From NCBI GenBank assembly GCA_001767495.1, contig MELA01000083.1, positions 1-59,248 on the forward strand: 59,248 bases of DNA, written 5' to 3'. The DNA is from Acidobacteria bacterium RIFCSPLOWO2_12_FULL_65_11 (GTDB taxonomy: Bacteria; Acidobacteriota; Vicinamibacteria; Vicinamibacterales; CAVVIG01). The translations under genes and the position numbers were made by a program. Positions 34,299 through 43,279 of the stretch are shown here, piece after piece; the stretch's first letter is position 1, and the number at the start of each line of letters is the position of its first letter. The notes under the pieces are model-generated. The model ran no database searches. It saw only the letters and a program-made list of their open reading frames with translations, and was not told the origin of the DNA.

Positions 34299-35290
34299 CG
34301 CCGAGCGTCAGCGAGGATCTCCTCGGCGCCGTCGGTGATGAGCTGGGCGCCAACCTTGGCACCGATGGCGGCCGCTTCGCCACGCGTCCCGCGCGCCGTG
34401 CCGTAGAGCGCGTGGCCGCCGTCGAGCGAGACGACGACCGCAACGAGCTCCAGATTGTCGTGGTCCACTGGCGAGGCCAGGGCGCCAAGGGGCGCCTGGC
34501 ACCCGCCACCGAGCGCGGCAACGAGCGCCCGCTCGGCGCAAAGCGCCGCATCCGCCGCCGCATCGTTGATCGTTGCCACCACCTGTCGGACGTGTTCGTC
34601 GTCCTGCCGGGTCTCGATAGCGATGATGCCCTGGCCCGGCGCCGGCACCGACACCGAGGCCGGCAGCCGCAGCGAGATCCGCGACTGCAAGCCGAGCCGC
34701 CGCAGTCCGGCAGCCGCGAGAATCAGCGCGTCGTGCTCGCCGTTATCGAGCTTTCGGAGGCGTGTGTCAAGGTTGCCGCGAATCGGCGTGAACAGCGCCC
34801 CGGGAAACAGGCGCAGCAGCTGGGCAATGCGCCGCACGCTCCCCGTGCCGAGCGAGGGCGAGGGACCCAGCAGGGTGGTGAGCCTGGCCAGGTCGATCTC
34901 GGCCGCTGTGTCAGTCCGGCTAAAGCCGGACACTACATCAGATCGATTCGGCAAGGGCAGGACGACGGCGTCCAGCGGATCCTCGCGCGGCAGGACGCCC
35001 GCAATGGCGAGGCCGTCTGGCAGCACGGCCGGCAGATCTTTGCTGCTATGCACGGCGAGGTCGATGTCGCCGCCGAGAAGCGCGTCCTCGATTTCCTTGA
35101 CGAAGAGCCGCTTGCCGCCGATCTCGGAGACCGGCGCGTCCTGCAGCCGGTCGCCCGAAGTCTTGATGACGACGATGCGGCACGGGGGGCCGCCGGCCGC
35201 GGTCACTCGGGATGCGACCTCTGAAGCCTGCCAGAGAGCCAGTCGGCTTCCGCGGGTCCCGAGGCGCAGGTCACTCTTTAGGGCGGCCAC
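34244..35290 (-). CDS. hemC: Hydroxymethylbilane synthase (porphobilinogen deaminase)
   Basis: LRLGTRGSRLALWQA...IKTSGD...GTGSVRR...RGNLDTRL...GGCQAPLGA. Carries an internal REP-A insertion. The C-terminal tail translates the heptamer array. Confidence 0.9.
   Translation of the reverse strand: MAALKSDLRLGTRGSRLALWQASEVASRVTAAGGPPCRIVVIKTSGDRLQDAPVSEIGGKRLFVKEIEDALLGGDIDLAVHSSKDLPAVLPDGLAIAGVLPREDPLDAVVLPLPNRSDVVSGFSRTDTAAEIDLARLTTLLGPSPSLGTGSVRRIAQLLRLFPGALFTPIRGNLDTRLRKLDNGEHDALILAAAGLRRLGLQSRISLRLPASVSVPAPGQGIIAIETRQDDEHVRQVVATINDAAADAALCAERALVAALGGGCQAPLGALASPVDHDNLELVAVVVSLDGGHALYGTARGTRGEAAAIGAKVGAQLITDGAEEILADARRRQATVDSPQSAVDHNDR
34914..34936. repeat. REP-A copy inside hemC
   Basis: gtccggctaaagccggacactac, read on the minus strand as VVSGFSRT. 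Confidence 0.8.
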
Positions 35291-35296
35291 GGGCGG

Positions 35297-36775
35297 TCAG
35301 CGTCCCGGGCCTGTCGGACGTGCTTTAGGACGGATGAAGGGCTGGACTCGATCCTCGCCTGGATCGGCCCGTTCGACTCGCTCGCCGCTCGACGTGGCTC
35401 GGGGCGTCCCTGAGCTCGTCGAAGCGTCAGGGTCGTTGGCGAGCGCCGTCGAACCATCGGGATCCGCCGCCCGGATCTCGGGCTGGGCCTCAGCTGAATC
35501 GCGATCCGCGGCGTCGCTGAGTCGGAACAAACGAGAGAGCGCCTCGGAGTAGGCCGTGGCGGTCTCCGCGTCGCCCAGCCCCTTGAGCTGCGCGGTTGGT
35601 GTCAGCAGCAGTTTCTCGACGATGAGGTGGGTGATCTCGTCGACGCGTGCCCGTGCCTCCGGGGGCAGGGCCCCCAGCTTGAAGTCGAGCCGCTCGAGCT
35701 CGGAGCGGCGGATCGCCTCGAACCGCTGCCGCAGCGCAACGACCGTCGGGATGACGCCCCGCGACTTGAACCAGGCGCCGAACTTGCCGACCTCCTCGGA
35801 GACAATCGCTTCGGCGCGCTCGACTTCACTGGCGCGGCGCGCGAGGTTGTCCCGAACGGTGGCCTGCAGATCGTCGATATTGTAGAGGAAGACCTGCTCG
35901 AGCTCGCCCGAGGCCGGTTCGACGTCGCGTGGCACCGCGATGTCGATGATGAAGATCGGCCGGTTGCGTCGCGAGTGCATCACCGCTTCGATGCGGGCCT
36001 TGGTGAGGATCGGCGAGGTCGCACCGGTGGTTGTGACGACGATGTCGCTCGCCCCGAGGGCCGAATCGAGCTCGTCCCATGGGACGGCGCTCGCGCCGCC
36101 AATCGCCATCGCCGTTCGCGTCGCGTGCGCCAGCGTCCGACTGACGATCGTCACGTGGCGGACGCCCTGCGACTTGAGGTGCCGTGCCGTGAGCTTGCCC
36201 ATTTCGCCCGCGCCGATGACGAGGACGGTGCGACCCTTGAGGGCTCCGAAGATCTTGCGCGCGAGCGCGACCGCGGCGTATCCGACCGACACGGCGCCCG
36301 CCGCCAGTCCGGTTTCGGCGCGCACGCGTTTGCCCACGAAGAAGGAGAAATGAAACAACCGGTTGAGCAGCGGGCCGACCGTCTGCTCGCCGGTCGCTGC
36401 GCGGTGCGCGTCCTTGACCTGCCCGAGGATCTGCGGCTCGCCGACGACGAGCGAGTCGAGGCCCGCCGAGACCCGGAACAGGTGACGCGCCGCGTCAAGA
36501 TCCTGCAGGTCGTAGACGTGCGGCGCGACAGCGGCGCGGTCGACGCCGTGAAAGTCGCCGACAAAGGCCGCCAGATCCGCCCGCGCCGCCGCCACATCGT
36601 TGCAGGCCGCGTAGAGCTCCGCGCGATTGCAGGTGGAGAGGACGACGGCCTCGACTGCCGATCCCCGCGCCGCCAGCGCGCGGAGCGCCGGCTCCAGGCG
36701 TCCCTGGAAGTCGACGCGCTCGCGCAGCTCGATTGGCGCGGTGCGGTGACTCAGTCCGACCAACAGTAAATGCAT
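35297..36775 (-). CDS. hemA: Glutamyl-tRNA reductase with an extended low-complexity C terminus
   Basis: LLVGLSHRTAPIELRE...STCNRAELY...GAGEMGKL. Confidence 0.92.
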   Translation of the reverse strand: MHLLLVGLSHRTAPIELRERVDFQGRLEPALRALAARGSAVEAVVLSTCNRAELYAACNDVAAARADLAAFVGDFHGVDRAAVAPHVYDLQDLDAARHLFRVSAGLDSLVVGEPQILGQVKDAHRAATGEQTVGPLLNRLFHFSFFVGKRVRAETGLAAGAVSVGYAAVALARKIFGALKGRTVLVIGAGEMGKLTARHLKSQGVRHVTIVSRTLAHATRTAMAIGGASAVPWDELDSALGASDIVVTTTGATSPILTKARIEAVMHSRRNRPIFIIDIAVPRDVEPASGELEQVFLYNIDDLQATVRDNLARRASEVERAEAIVSEEVGKFGAWFKSRGVIPTVVALRQRFEAIRRSELERLDFKLGALPPEARARVDEITHLIVEKLLLTPTAQLKGLGDAETATAYSEALSRLFRLSDAADRDSAEAQPEIRAADPDGSTALANDPDASTSSGTPRATSSGERVERADPGEDRVQPFIRPKARPTGPGR

Positions 36776-36785
36776 GAGACGGTAT

Positions 36786-36874
36786 CAGGTCCCTGGTGCC
36801 TGGTTCCTGGTTCCCGACCCGGGAGAACCACGGACCAGAAACGGACTAAGGACGAAGGACACAGGACCAGGGAC
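36786..36874. repeat. Hairpin of short-period units (CCTGGTN / GGACNAG)
   Basis: caggtccctggtgcctggttcctggttcccgacc ... ggaccagaaacggactaaggacgaaggacacaggaccagggac. Confidence 0.75.
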
Positions 36875-36875
36875 T

Positions 36876-37706
36876 TCAAAAGTCGTGGCTCCCGCTCGAG
36901 AAATAGCTAATCGGCACAAAGTTAAGCAGCACGATCAAGAAGCCGACCGCCGACAGGTACGCGGTCCGCCGCCCGCCCCATCCGATGCGAGGCGCCGCGA
37001 AGAGCTCGAACGAGTACACGACCCAGCAGATGACGGCGACAAAAATCTTCGGATCCTGCAGTGACATCGCCTGAACGCGCGGGTCGCTGTTGGCGTACTG
37101 GGCCCAGACCACTCCGACAATCAATCCGATCGTCAGGCACACCCAGCCGAAGACCACCGTCCGCCGATTCATGCGATCGAGGACTTGCAGCGACGGCAGC
37201 CGCGCGTAGAAGAACCCGAGGTGTTTCGCCTTGATCTCCTTGAACAGCAGCACATAGGTGATGCCGATGACGCACGCCAGCGCGAAGCTCGCGTAAGCGA
37301 GGAGCACCAAGGATACATGGAGCCCGAAGAAGGGCCCCTCGAGAAGCGCGGCTCGCTCTTCGATAACGGGCCGCAGGACCGGGATCGTCTGAAGCGCGAC
37401 GAGCAGCGGCAAGATGAAGACGCCCATCGCTCGCTCGTCGGTCGTGATCTCCGTGTAGAGGTACGCGAGCGCCAGCAGCCAGACAAACGTGGAGATGGCC
37501 GAGGTCGGACCGGTGACCGGCACGTGGCCGACGTCCATCGTTTGCATGCCGATGACGAAGGTATGGGCCAGGGCTCCAAAGATGAGCAGTAAACTTGCGG
37601 ATCGGCCGGCCGCTGGCTCGCGCTCGGCGAAGTGCCAGGCGTAGACGACCGAGGCGATGACGTACAGCGCAAGAGGAACGAAATTCATTGAACTCAGCCC
37701 ACCCAC
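36876..37706 (-). CDS. Cytochrome c assembly-family integral membrane protein (HemX/YpjD/CcsA-like)
   Basis: Eight-helix-like hydrophobic profile. Position upstream of hemA matches the hemX position in hemAXCDBL-type clusters. Confidence 0.6.
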   Translation of the reverse strand: MGGLSSMNFVPLALYVIASVVYAWHFAEREPAAGRSASLLLIFGALAHTFVIGMQTMDVGHVPVTGPTSAISTFVWLLALAYLYTEITTDERAMGVFILPLLVALQTIPVLRPVIEERAALLEGPFFGLHVSLVLLAYASFALACVIGITYVLLFKEIKAKHLGFFYARLPSLQVLDRMNRRTVVFGWVCLTIGLIVGVVWAQYANSDPRVQAMSLQDPKIFVAVICWVVYSFELFAAPRIGWGGRRTAYLSAVGFLIVLLNFVPISYFSSGSHDF

Positions 37707-37708
37707 CT

Positions 37709-37731
37709 GTAGTGTCCGGCTTCCGCCGGAC
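37709..37731. repeat. REP-A copy (intergenic)
   Basis: gtagtgtccggcttccgccggac. Confidence 0.8.
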
Positions 37732-37733
37732 CG

Positions 37734-38702
37734 TTAGCGACCCGTCGGCGCGAAGTACCCCTGCTTGGTTCGGACGATCACATTGGGCCGATCCACGCGC
37801 ACCACGACACGGCGCCACGTGCCGTCGCGTCTCGAGTTCTTCGACGTGTAGCCGACCGTGTACTGGCTCGATAGCTCGTCGGCAATCTGGCCGTACAGGC
37901 CCGCCAGGTCCGAAATCTCCTTTGGGAAAAACGCCCGCCCGCCGGTTTCCTGCGCGAACTGGCGCATCTCGTACGCCGCTTCGTTGAACCCCTTGGCCGT
38001 CGGGACGCTGTCGGTCGCCTCCAGGTTGATCGTGTAAATCGCCGTGTCGGACCGCTTGGCCAGGTCGAGGACCTCGTCGAACCCCAGGAGGCTGGACGTG
38101 TCCGCCCCGTCCGATAGCACGACGATCGCCTGCCGCCGGATCTCGTCGGCATTCCTGGCACTGGCCTTCTTCAGGTCCTTGAGCGCGATGTAGATCGCGT
38201 TGTAGAGCGAGGTGGAGCCGCCCGTCGACGTCTTGCGAATCGCCTGCTCGAGGGCGCCCGCGTCATTCGTAAAACTCTGGAGCACGACGACGCGGCTGTC
38301 GAAATCGATGACCTCGGCCACGTCCTGAGCCCGGAGCCGGTGGGCGAACCCGACGGCGGCTTCCTGAGCGGTCGCGAGCTTGCTCTCCATGCTGGCACTG
38401 GTGTCCACCAGCAGCGCCAGCGCAATCGGCAGATTCGTGCCGGTGAAAAAGGTGACGTCCTGCTTGACGCCGTCCTCGTAGACGCTGAAGTCGCCTTCCT
38501 TGAGGCCGCCGACCATGCGCGAGCTGGTCACCTCGCTGACCGTCACACTGAGCGCCACCAGATCGACGCCGGTGCGAAATGCCGGCGCCTGCGTCTGGGG
38601 CTGTGGCGTCAAGGGCGCCCAACCGGCGGCGAGTGTCGTCATCAGACCCATGGTTGCCGCCACGAGGGCGACCGATGGTCTCCGCAGGCATGAACCGGTC
38701 AC
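37734..38702 (-). CDS. Secreted VWA domain protein (TIGR03436 acidobacterial VWFA-related type)
   Basis: Signal peptide, FRTGVDLVALSVTV...DFSVYEDGVKQ, MIDAS-like LLVDTSASM, and C-terminal GYFAP. Confidence 0.75.
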   Translation of the reverse strand: MTGSCLRRPSVALVAATMGLMTTLAAGWAPLTPQPQTQAPAFRTGVDLVALSVTVSEVTSSRMVGGLKEGDFSVYEDGVKQDVTFFTGTNLPIALALLVDTSASMESKLATAQEAAVGFAHRLRAQDVAEVIDFDSRVVVLQSFTNDAGALEQAIRKTSTGGSTSLYNAIYIALKDLKKASARNADEIRRQAIVVLSDGADTSSLLGFDEVLDLAKRSDTAIYTINLEATDSVPTAKGFNEAAYEMRQFAQETGGRAFFPKEISDLAGLYGQIADELSSQYTVGYTSKNSRRDGTWRRVVVRVDRPNVIVRTKQGYFAPTGR

Positions 38703-38915
38703 GGCACTCCCGACCGATCCACCACGGTCACGTACACGGAGCGCTCAATCGCCTGCGACCGAAGGGTGGTTGGCCGGGCGAAGGTGGCCGCCGCGACCAC
38801 GAGCAAAGTGGCGAGTGGGCGCCGATGGATCACGAGCCGAGTATAGGTTGAAACTGGTTTGAAATCTATGATTTGCGGGGAGCCGTGGCTGCGAGAGCAG
38901 GCCCCGGCCGGTTTC

Positions 38916-38944
38916 TTGACACCCCTCAGGTCGCGTGTTATAAA
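38916..38944 (+). promoter_or_regulatory. Sigma70-like promoter for the nuo cluster
   Basis: TTGACA (38916-38921), 17-nt spacer, TATAAA (38939-38944), about 50 nt upstream of the nuoA ATG. Confidence 0.5.
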
Positions 38945-38992
38945 CCAACGGCTTCTCTGCCGTCGCTTCTTGCCGTGCGACGTGTCATCCCG

Positions 38993-39349
38993 ATGCTTTC
39001 AGCCTACATCCCCATCGCGATTTTCGTCGTCGTCGCGACGGGCTTCGCGTTGTTCACGCTGGTCTTTTCGAGCCTGCTCCATTCGGAGAAGTACAACAAG
39101 GTCAAGCTCGAGCCCTACGAATGCGGGATCGAGCCGACGACCGGCGCCCGCGACCGCTACAGCATCCGGTACTATCTGGTGGCGATGCTCTTTGTCATCT
39201 TCGACGTCGAGACGGTCTTCATGTTTCCGTGGGCCGTCATCTTCGACGAGCTGTTGCTGTTCGGCCTCATCGAGATGCTGGTCTTCATCCTCATCCTCGT
39301 GGTCGGCTACTACTACGCGTGGCAGAAGGGCGCCCTTGAGTGGGTCTAG
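38993..39349 (+). CDS. nuoA: NADH-quinone oxidoreductase subunit A
   Basis: KLEPYECGIEP...RYYLVAMLFVIFDVETVFMFPWA. Confidence 0.92.
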   Translation: MLSAYIPIAIFVVVATGFALFTLVFSSLLHSEKYNKVKLEPYECGIEPTTGARDRYSIRYYLVAMLFVIFDVETVFMFPWAVIFDELLLFGLIEMLVFILILVVGYYYAWQKGALEWV

Positions 39350-39356
39350 GCACTGC

Positions 39357-39393
39357 GATATTGCTGATTGTCGATTGTTGATTGCGGATTGGC
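39357..39393. repeat. 7-nt tandem repeat (GATTGNN) upstream of the nuoC ATG
   Basis: cgatattgctgattgtcgattgttgattgcggattgg. Confidence 0.8.
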
Positions 39394-39402
39394 TGGGGTT
39401 GC

Positions 39403-40017
39403 ATGCCTGACGACCCGAAGGCGCCCGAAGCGCATGCGCCCAAGGCGGCCGTTCCAGCCGGTCCGCCCGATCCGGCGCCGCCGGCCGATCTTGCGCCGCC
39501 GGCCTTCCTCGCGTCGCTCTCGGAGGCGATCGCCGACGGAATCGCGCAGACCAGCTACTTTGTCGGCGACTGGACGGTCGTCGTGCCCGTGGCGCGGCTG
39601 CTTGACGTGGCCCGCCACCTGTGCGATGCGCCAGACGCGGCGTTCGATTTGTGTTCGGACGTGACCGCGAGCGACTGGCCAACGCGGCCTCAGCGCTTCG
39701 ACGTCATCTACTGTCTGTACTCGACGCGCCATCGTCATCGCCTGCGGGTCAAGATCCGGGCGGCCGAGCACGAAGGCGTGCCGTCGGTCTCTGGTATCTG
39801 GCCCGGCGCCAACTGGCTGGAGCGCGAGGTCTACGACATGTTCGGGGTGAACGTCACCGGACATCCCGATCGGCGGCGGCTCCTGATGCCGGATGACTGG
39901 CAAGGCCATCCGCAGCGCAAGGACTATCCGCTCGAAGGCCCCGGCGAGCTGCTCATGGAGAATCCGATCGACTGGTTGAAGCTGCGCCAGGCTCGCGATG
40001 AGGCCGACATCGAATAG
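39403..40017 (+). CDS. nuoC: NADH-quinone oxidoreductase subunit C (Pro/Ala-rich N-terminal extension)
   Basis: FDVIYCLYS...[42 protein letters not shown]. Confidence 0.9.
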   Translation: MPDDPKAPEAHAPKAAVPAGPPDPAPPADLAPPAFLASLSEAIADGIAQTSYFVGDWTVVVPVARLLDVARHLCDAPDAAFDLCSDVTASDWPTRPQRFDVIYCLYSTRHRHRLRVKIRAAEHEGVPSVSGIWPGANWLEREVYDMFGVNVTGHPDRRRLLMPDDWQGHPQRKDYPLEGPGELLMENPIDWLKLRQARDEADIE

Positions 40018-40024
40018 AGGCAGA

Positions 40025-40112
40025 AGCGCCTGCGGCCATACGAGCCGGAGGCCATGCGAAGCCGACGGCGAGTATCAGCGTGAGTTCGCGGTGGGGGTGG
40101 GGCCCCGCCGCC
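40025..40112 (+). ncRNA. Conserved structured intergenic element, copy 1 (upstream of nuoD)
   Basis: About 88% identical by hand alignment to 43186-43262. Terminal hairpin gcggtgggg-gtgggg-ccccgccgc (40088-40111). Confidence 0.45.
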
Positions 40113-40119
40113 AGTAGAT

Positions 40120-41250
40120 ATGGAGACACCGACCGTTCATCACGGCGCCATGTTCGACACCAACGAGCTGGTGCTCAACATGGGCCCGCAGCATCCGAGC
40201 ACGCACGGCGTGCTGCGGGTGGTGCTGCGGCTCGACGGCGAGAAGGTGGTCGACGCCGACGTCGTGATCGGGTATCTGCACCGCGGCATCGAAAAGCTGA
40301 GCGAGAACCGCAACTGGACGCAGATCATCCTGCTGACCGATCGCATGGATTACGTGGCGGCCGCGACGAGCAACGTCGGCTATTGCGAGACGGTCGAGAA
40401 GCTGATGTCGCTCGAGGTGCCGCGCCGCGCGCGGTACGTCCGGACGATTCTGTGCGAGCTGCAGCGCATCGCGAGCCACTGCCTGTGGGTGGGCACGCAC
40501 GCGATGGACATCGGCGCGATGACGGTGTTTCTGTATGCGTTCCGCGAGCGAGAGCTGATTCTCGATCTGTTCGAGGAGTTCTGCGGCGCCCGGCTCACGT
40601 ACAACTCGATGCGGATTGGCGGCCTGCCGCTCGACATTCCGCCAGGCTGGGACAAGAAGGTCCTCGAGTTCTGCAAGATCATGGACTCGAAGATCGATGA
40701 ATACGAGACGCTGCTGACGCACAATCGCATCTGGCTGGAGCGGACGCGCGGGATCGGCGTCATTTCCGGCCCCGAGGCGGCCGGGCTCGGCCTGTGTGGG
40801 CCGGTGCTTCGCGGCTCCGGCGTGCCGCGCGATGTGCGCAAAGACGAGCCGTACGCGGCGTACGACGAGATGACGTTCGACGTCCCGCTGGGCACCTCGG
40901 GCGACACCTACGATCGGTACCTCGTGCGGATGGAGGAGTTCCGGCAGTCGCTGCGGATTATCCGCCAGGCCGCCGAGGGGATTCCGGACGGACCGATTGT
41001 CGGCAAGGTGCCGCGTCTCATCAAGCCGCCGGCGGGCGAAACGTATCACGCGATTGAATCACCGAAAGGCGAGCTCGGGTTTTTCATCGTGAGCGACGGC
41101 AAGTCGACCAATCCGTACCGGTTCCGCGTCCGCTCGCCCTCGTTCTGCAATCTGCAGGGGCTGCGGCGTCTGGTCCGCGGCCACCTGGTCGCAGACGTGG
41201 TCGCGCTCATCGGATCCATCGACATCGTGCTGGGAGAGGTGGATCGGTGA
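40120..41250 (+). CDS. nuoD: NADH-quinone oxidoreductase subunit D
   Basis: [15 protein letters not shown]...[10 protein letters not shown]...RVRSPSF.NLQ. Confidence 0.93.
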   Translation: METPTVHHGAMFDTNELVLNMGPQHPSTHGVLRVVLRLDGEKVVDADVVIGYLHRGIEKLSENRNWTQIILLTDRMDYVAAATSNVGYCETVEKLMSLEVPRRARYVRTILCELQRIASHCLWVGTHAMDIGAMTVFLYAFRERELILDLFEEFCGARLTYNSMRIGGLPLDIPPGWDKKVLEFCKIMDSKIDEYETLLTHNRIWLERTRGIGVISGPEAAGLGLCGPVLRGSGVPRDVRKDEPYAAYDEMTFDVPLGTSGDTYDRYLVRMEEFRQSLRIIRQAAEGIPDGPIVGKVPRLIKPPAGETYHAIESPKGELGFFIVSDGKSTNPYRFRVRSPSFCNLQGLRRLVRGHLVADVVALIGSIDIVLGEVDR

Positions 41251-42269
41251 TCGACCAACTCGTCATTCCACTGGTCAAGATCCTCATCGTCTTGAATGCG
41301 ACGCTCGTCGGCGTCACCTACATGGTGCTGCTCGAGCGCAAAGTGATCGCGTGGACGCAGTCACGGCTCGGCCCGATGCGCGTCGGTCCGTACGGGGCGC
41401 TGCAGCCGATTGCCGACGCCCTCAAGCTGATGATCAAGGAAGACATCACGCCGGTGCGTGCGGACAAGTGGGTCTTCACTGCGGCGCCGATCGTCGCGAT
41501 GGTGCCGGCGCTCATCGTCTACGCCGTGATTCCCTTTGGCGACACGGTCAACCTGTTCGGCCGCGAGATTCCGCTCTACATCACCGACATCAACGTCGGC
41601 CTCCTCTACATCGTGTCGGTGGCGTCGGTCGGCGTCTACGGGATCATCCTGGGGGGGTATGCCTCCAACAGCAAGTACCCGTTGCTCGCGAGCCTGCGCG
41701 CCTCGGCCCAGCTCATCAGCTACGAGGTCGCCATCACGCTGACCCTCGTCAGCGTGATCCTGGTGGCCGGCTCGCTCAGCATGGTCAGCATCGTGCGGGC
41801 TCAGGAGAGCGCGCACGTGTGGTTCGCCTTCCTCCAGCCGATCGCGTTCGTCATCTTCTTCATCGGCGGACTGGCCGAAACCAACCGCTCGCCGTTCGAC
41901 ATGCCCGAGGCCGAACAGGAGCTGACGGGCGGCTTCCACACCGAATACAGCGGTATGCGGTTCGCGCTGTTCTTCCTCGCCGAGTACGCCAACATGATCG
42001 TGGTGGCCTCGGTGGCGACGACACTGTTTCTGGGTGGGTGGCTGCGGCCGTTTCCAAACGTCGCCTGGCTGTCGTTTCTGGACGTGATTCCGAGCTGGAC
42101 CTGGTTTCTCGTCAAGTCGTTCGGCTTCCTGTACATCTTCATCTGGGTGCGCGCGACGCTGCCGCGCTATCGCTACGACCAGTTGATGAGGCTCGGGTGG
42201 AAGGTGCTCATTCCTTTGGCGATAGCGAACTTGGTGATCACGGGAATCGTTAAGGTGCTGTTGTTGTGA
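41247..42269 (+). CDS. nuoH: NADH-quinone oxidoreductase subunit H
   Basis: [28 protein letters not shown]...KED...[20 protein letters not shown]. Confidence 0.93.
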   Translation: MIDQLVIPLVKILIVLNATLVGVTYMVLLERKVIAWTQSRLGPMRVGPYGALQPIADALKLMIKEDITPVRADKWVFTAAPIVAMVPALIVYAVIPFGDTVNLFGREIPLYITDINVGLLYIVSVASVGVYGIILGGYASNSKYPLLASLRASAQLISYEVAITLTLVSVILVAGSLSMVSIVRAQESAHVWFAFLQPIAFVIFFIGGLAETNRSPFDMPEAEQELTGGFHTEYSGMRFALFFLAEYANMIVVASVATTLFLGGWLRPFPNVAWLSFLDVIPSWTWFLVKSFGFLYIFIWVRATLPRYRYDQLMRLGWKVLIPLAIANLVITGIVKVLLL

Positions 42270-42811
42270 TGGGTCAGGCGATAGCGTTTTACACCCTGTC
42301 GGCGTTCATTCTCGGGTTCGCCGTGCTGGTGGTGAGCACCAAGGACACGGTGCATTCGGTCCTCTTCCTCGTGCTCGACTTTCTGTTCGTCGCCGCGCTG
42401 TACGTGCTGCTCGGCGCGCCGTTTCTCGCGGCCATTCAGGTGCTGGTCTACGCGGGCGGCATCGTCGTGCTGTACTTGTTCGTGGTCATGCTCGTGAATC
42501 TGAAGCGGTCGCCTGAGGCGCATCACGATCCACACCGGCGGGCGCGGCTCGGGTTCGTGCTGGCCGCTCTCGTGCTGATTGAGGTGGGCGCCATCGCCGC
42601 CTACAGCGCCGGCGGCCCCGTGCGGCCGGCGGCCCCGCAAGCGCCGCCGACGGCGGCCGCGACGGCCGTCTCCGCGATGCGCGCCGTTGGTAACACCGAA
42701 GAGGTGGGCTGGCTGCTGTACACGAACTATCTCATCCCCTTCGAAGTCGCGTCGATGCTGCTCTTGGTCGCCATGATCGGGGCCATCGTCCTGGCCAAGA
42801 GAGAGTTATGA
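42266..42811 (+). CDS. nuoJ: NADH-quinone oxidoreductase subunit J
   Basis: Hydrophobic profile, VHSVLFLVL..L.VA.LYVLLGAPFLAAIQVLVYAGGIVVLYLFVVML. Directly follows nuoH with a 4-nt overlap (no nuoI). Confidence 0.88.
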   Translation: MMGQAIAFYTLSAFILGFAVLVVSTKDTVHSVLFLVLDFLFVAALYVLLGAPFLAAIQVLVYAGGIVVLYLFVVMLVNLKRSPEAHHDPHRRARLGFVLAALVLIEVGAIAAYSAGGPVRPAAPQAPPTAAATAVSAMRAVGNTEEVGWLLYTNYLIPFEVASMLLLVAMIGAIVLAKREL

Positions 42812-42814
42812 GCA

Positions 42815-42847
42815 TGGCTGATTGCGGAGTGTTGATTGTGGATTGGT
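42815..42847. repeat. 7-nt tandem repeat (GATTGNG) upstream of the nuoK ATG
   Basis: tggctgattgcggagtgttgattgtggattggt. Confidence 0.8.
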
Positions 42848-42854
42848 CGGCGTC

Positions 42855-43157
42855 ATGATCACGCCAACCCATTACATGCTGCTGTCGGCGGCGCTGTTCA
42901 TCATCGGCGTCATCGGGGTGATGGTGCGCAGAAACATCATCATTATCTTCATGTCGATCGAGCTGATTCTGAACGCGGTGAACATCAACCTGGTGGCCTT
43001 CTCGAGAGAGTGGCAGCATGCCGTCGGTCAGGTCTTCGCGATCTTCGTCGTCGCGGTGGCGGCGGCCGAAGCGGCGGTGGGACTCGGCATCATCCTCGCG
43101 TTCTACCGGAACAAGGAAACCGTCAACATCGACGAAATGAACCTGATGAAATGGTGA
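42855..43157 (+). CDS. nuoK: NADH-quinone oxidoreductase subunit K
   Basis: [32 protein letters not shown]...[11 protein letters not shown]. Confidence 0.92.
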   Translation: MITPTHYMLLSAALFIIGVIGVMVRRNIIIIFMSIELILNAVNINLVAFSREWQHAVGQVFAIFVVAVAAAEAAVGLGIILAFYRNKETVNIDEMNLMKW

Positions 43158-43185
43158 GCGCCAGTAAGTAATGCTAGCGCCTGCG

Positions 43186-43262
43186 GCCATGCGAGCTGGA
43201 GGCCATGGAAAGCCGACGGCGAGCATCGGCGTAAGTTCGCGCCGGGGGTGGGGCCCCGGCGC
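43186..43262 (+). ncRNA. Conserved structured intergenic element, copy 2 (upstream of nuoL)
   Basis: Same sequence family as 40025-40112. Terminal hairpin gcgccgggg-gtgggg-ccccggcgc (43239-43262). Confidence 0.45.
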
Positions 43263-43279
43263 AAGTAAACAAAGCTGAC

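Noticed and set aside
34151-35552. Plus-strand ORFs of 357 aa and 365 aa over hemC
   Set aside because: They are antisense to hemC, which carries the conserved GTRGS/GNLDTRL/GGCQ motifs. The N termini of these ORFs merely translate the CAGTCAG array.
38859-39410. 183-aa and 158-aa ORFs extending upstream of or across nuoA
   Set aside because: The 183-aa ORF is in an alternative frame with Ser/Arg-rich composition. The 158-aa ORF's upstream 40 codons cover the predicted promoter. NuoA homology starts at ATG 38993.
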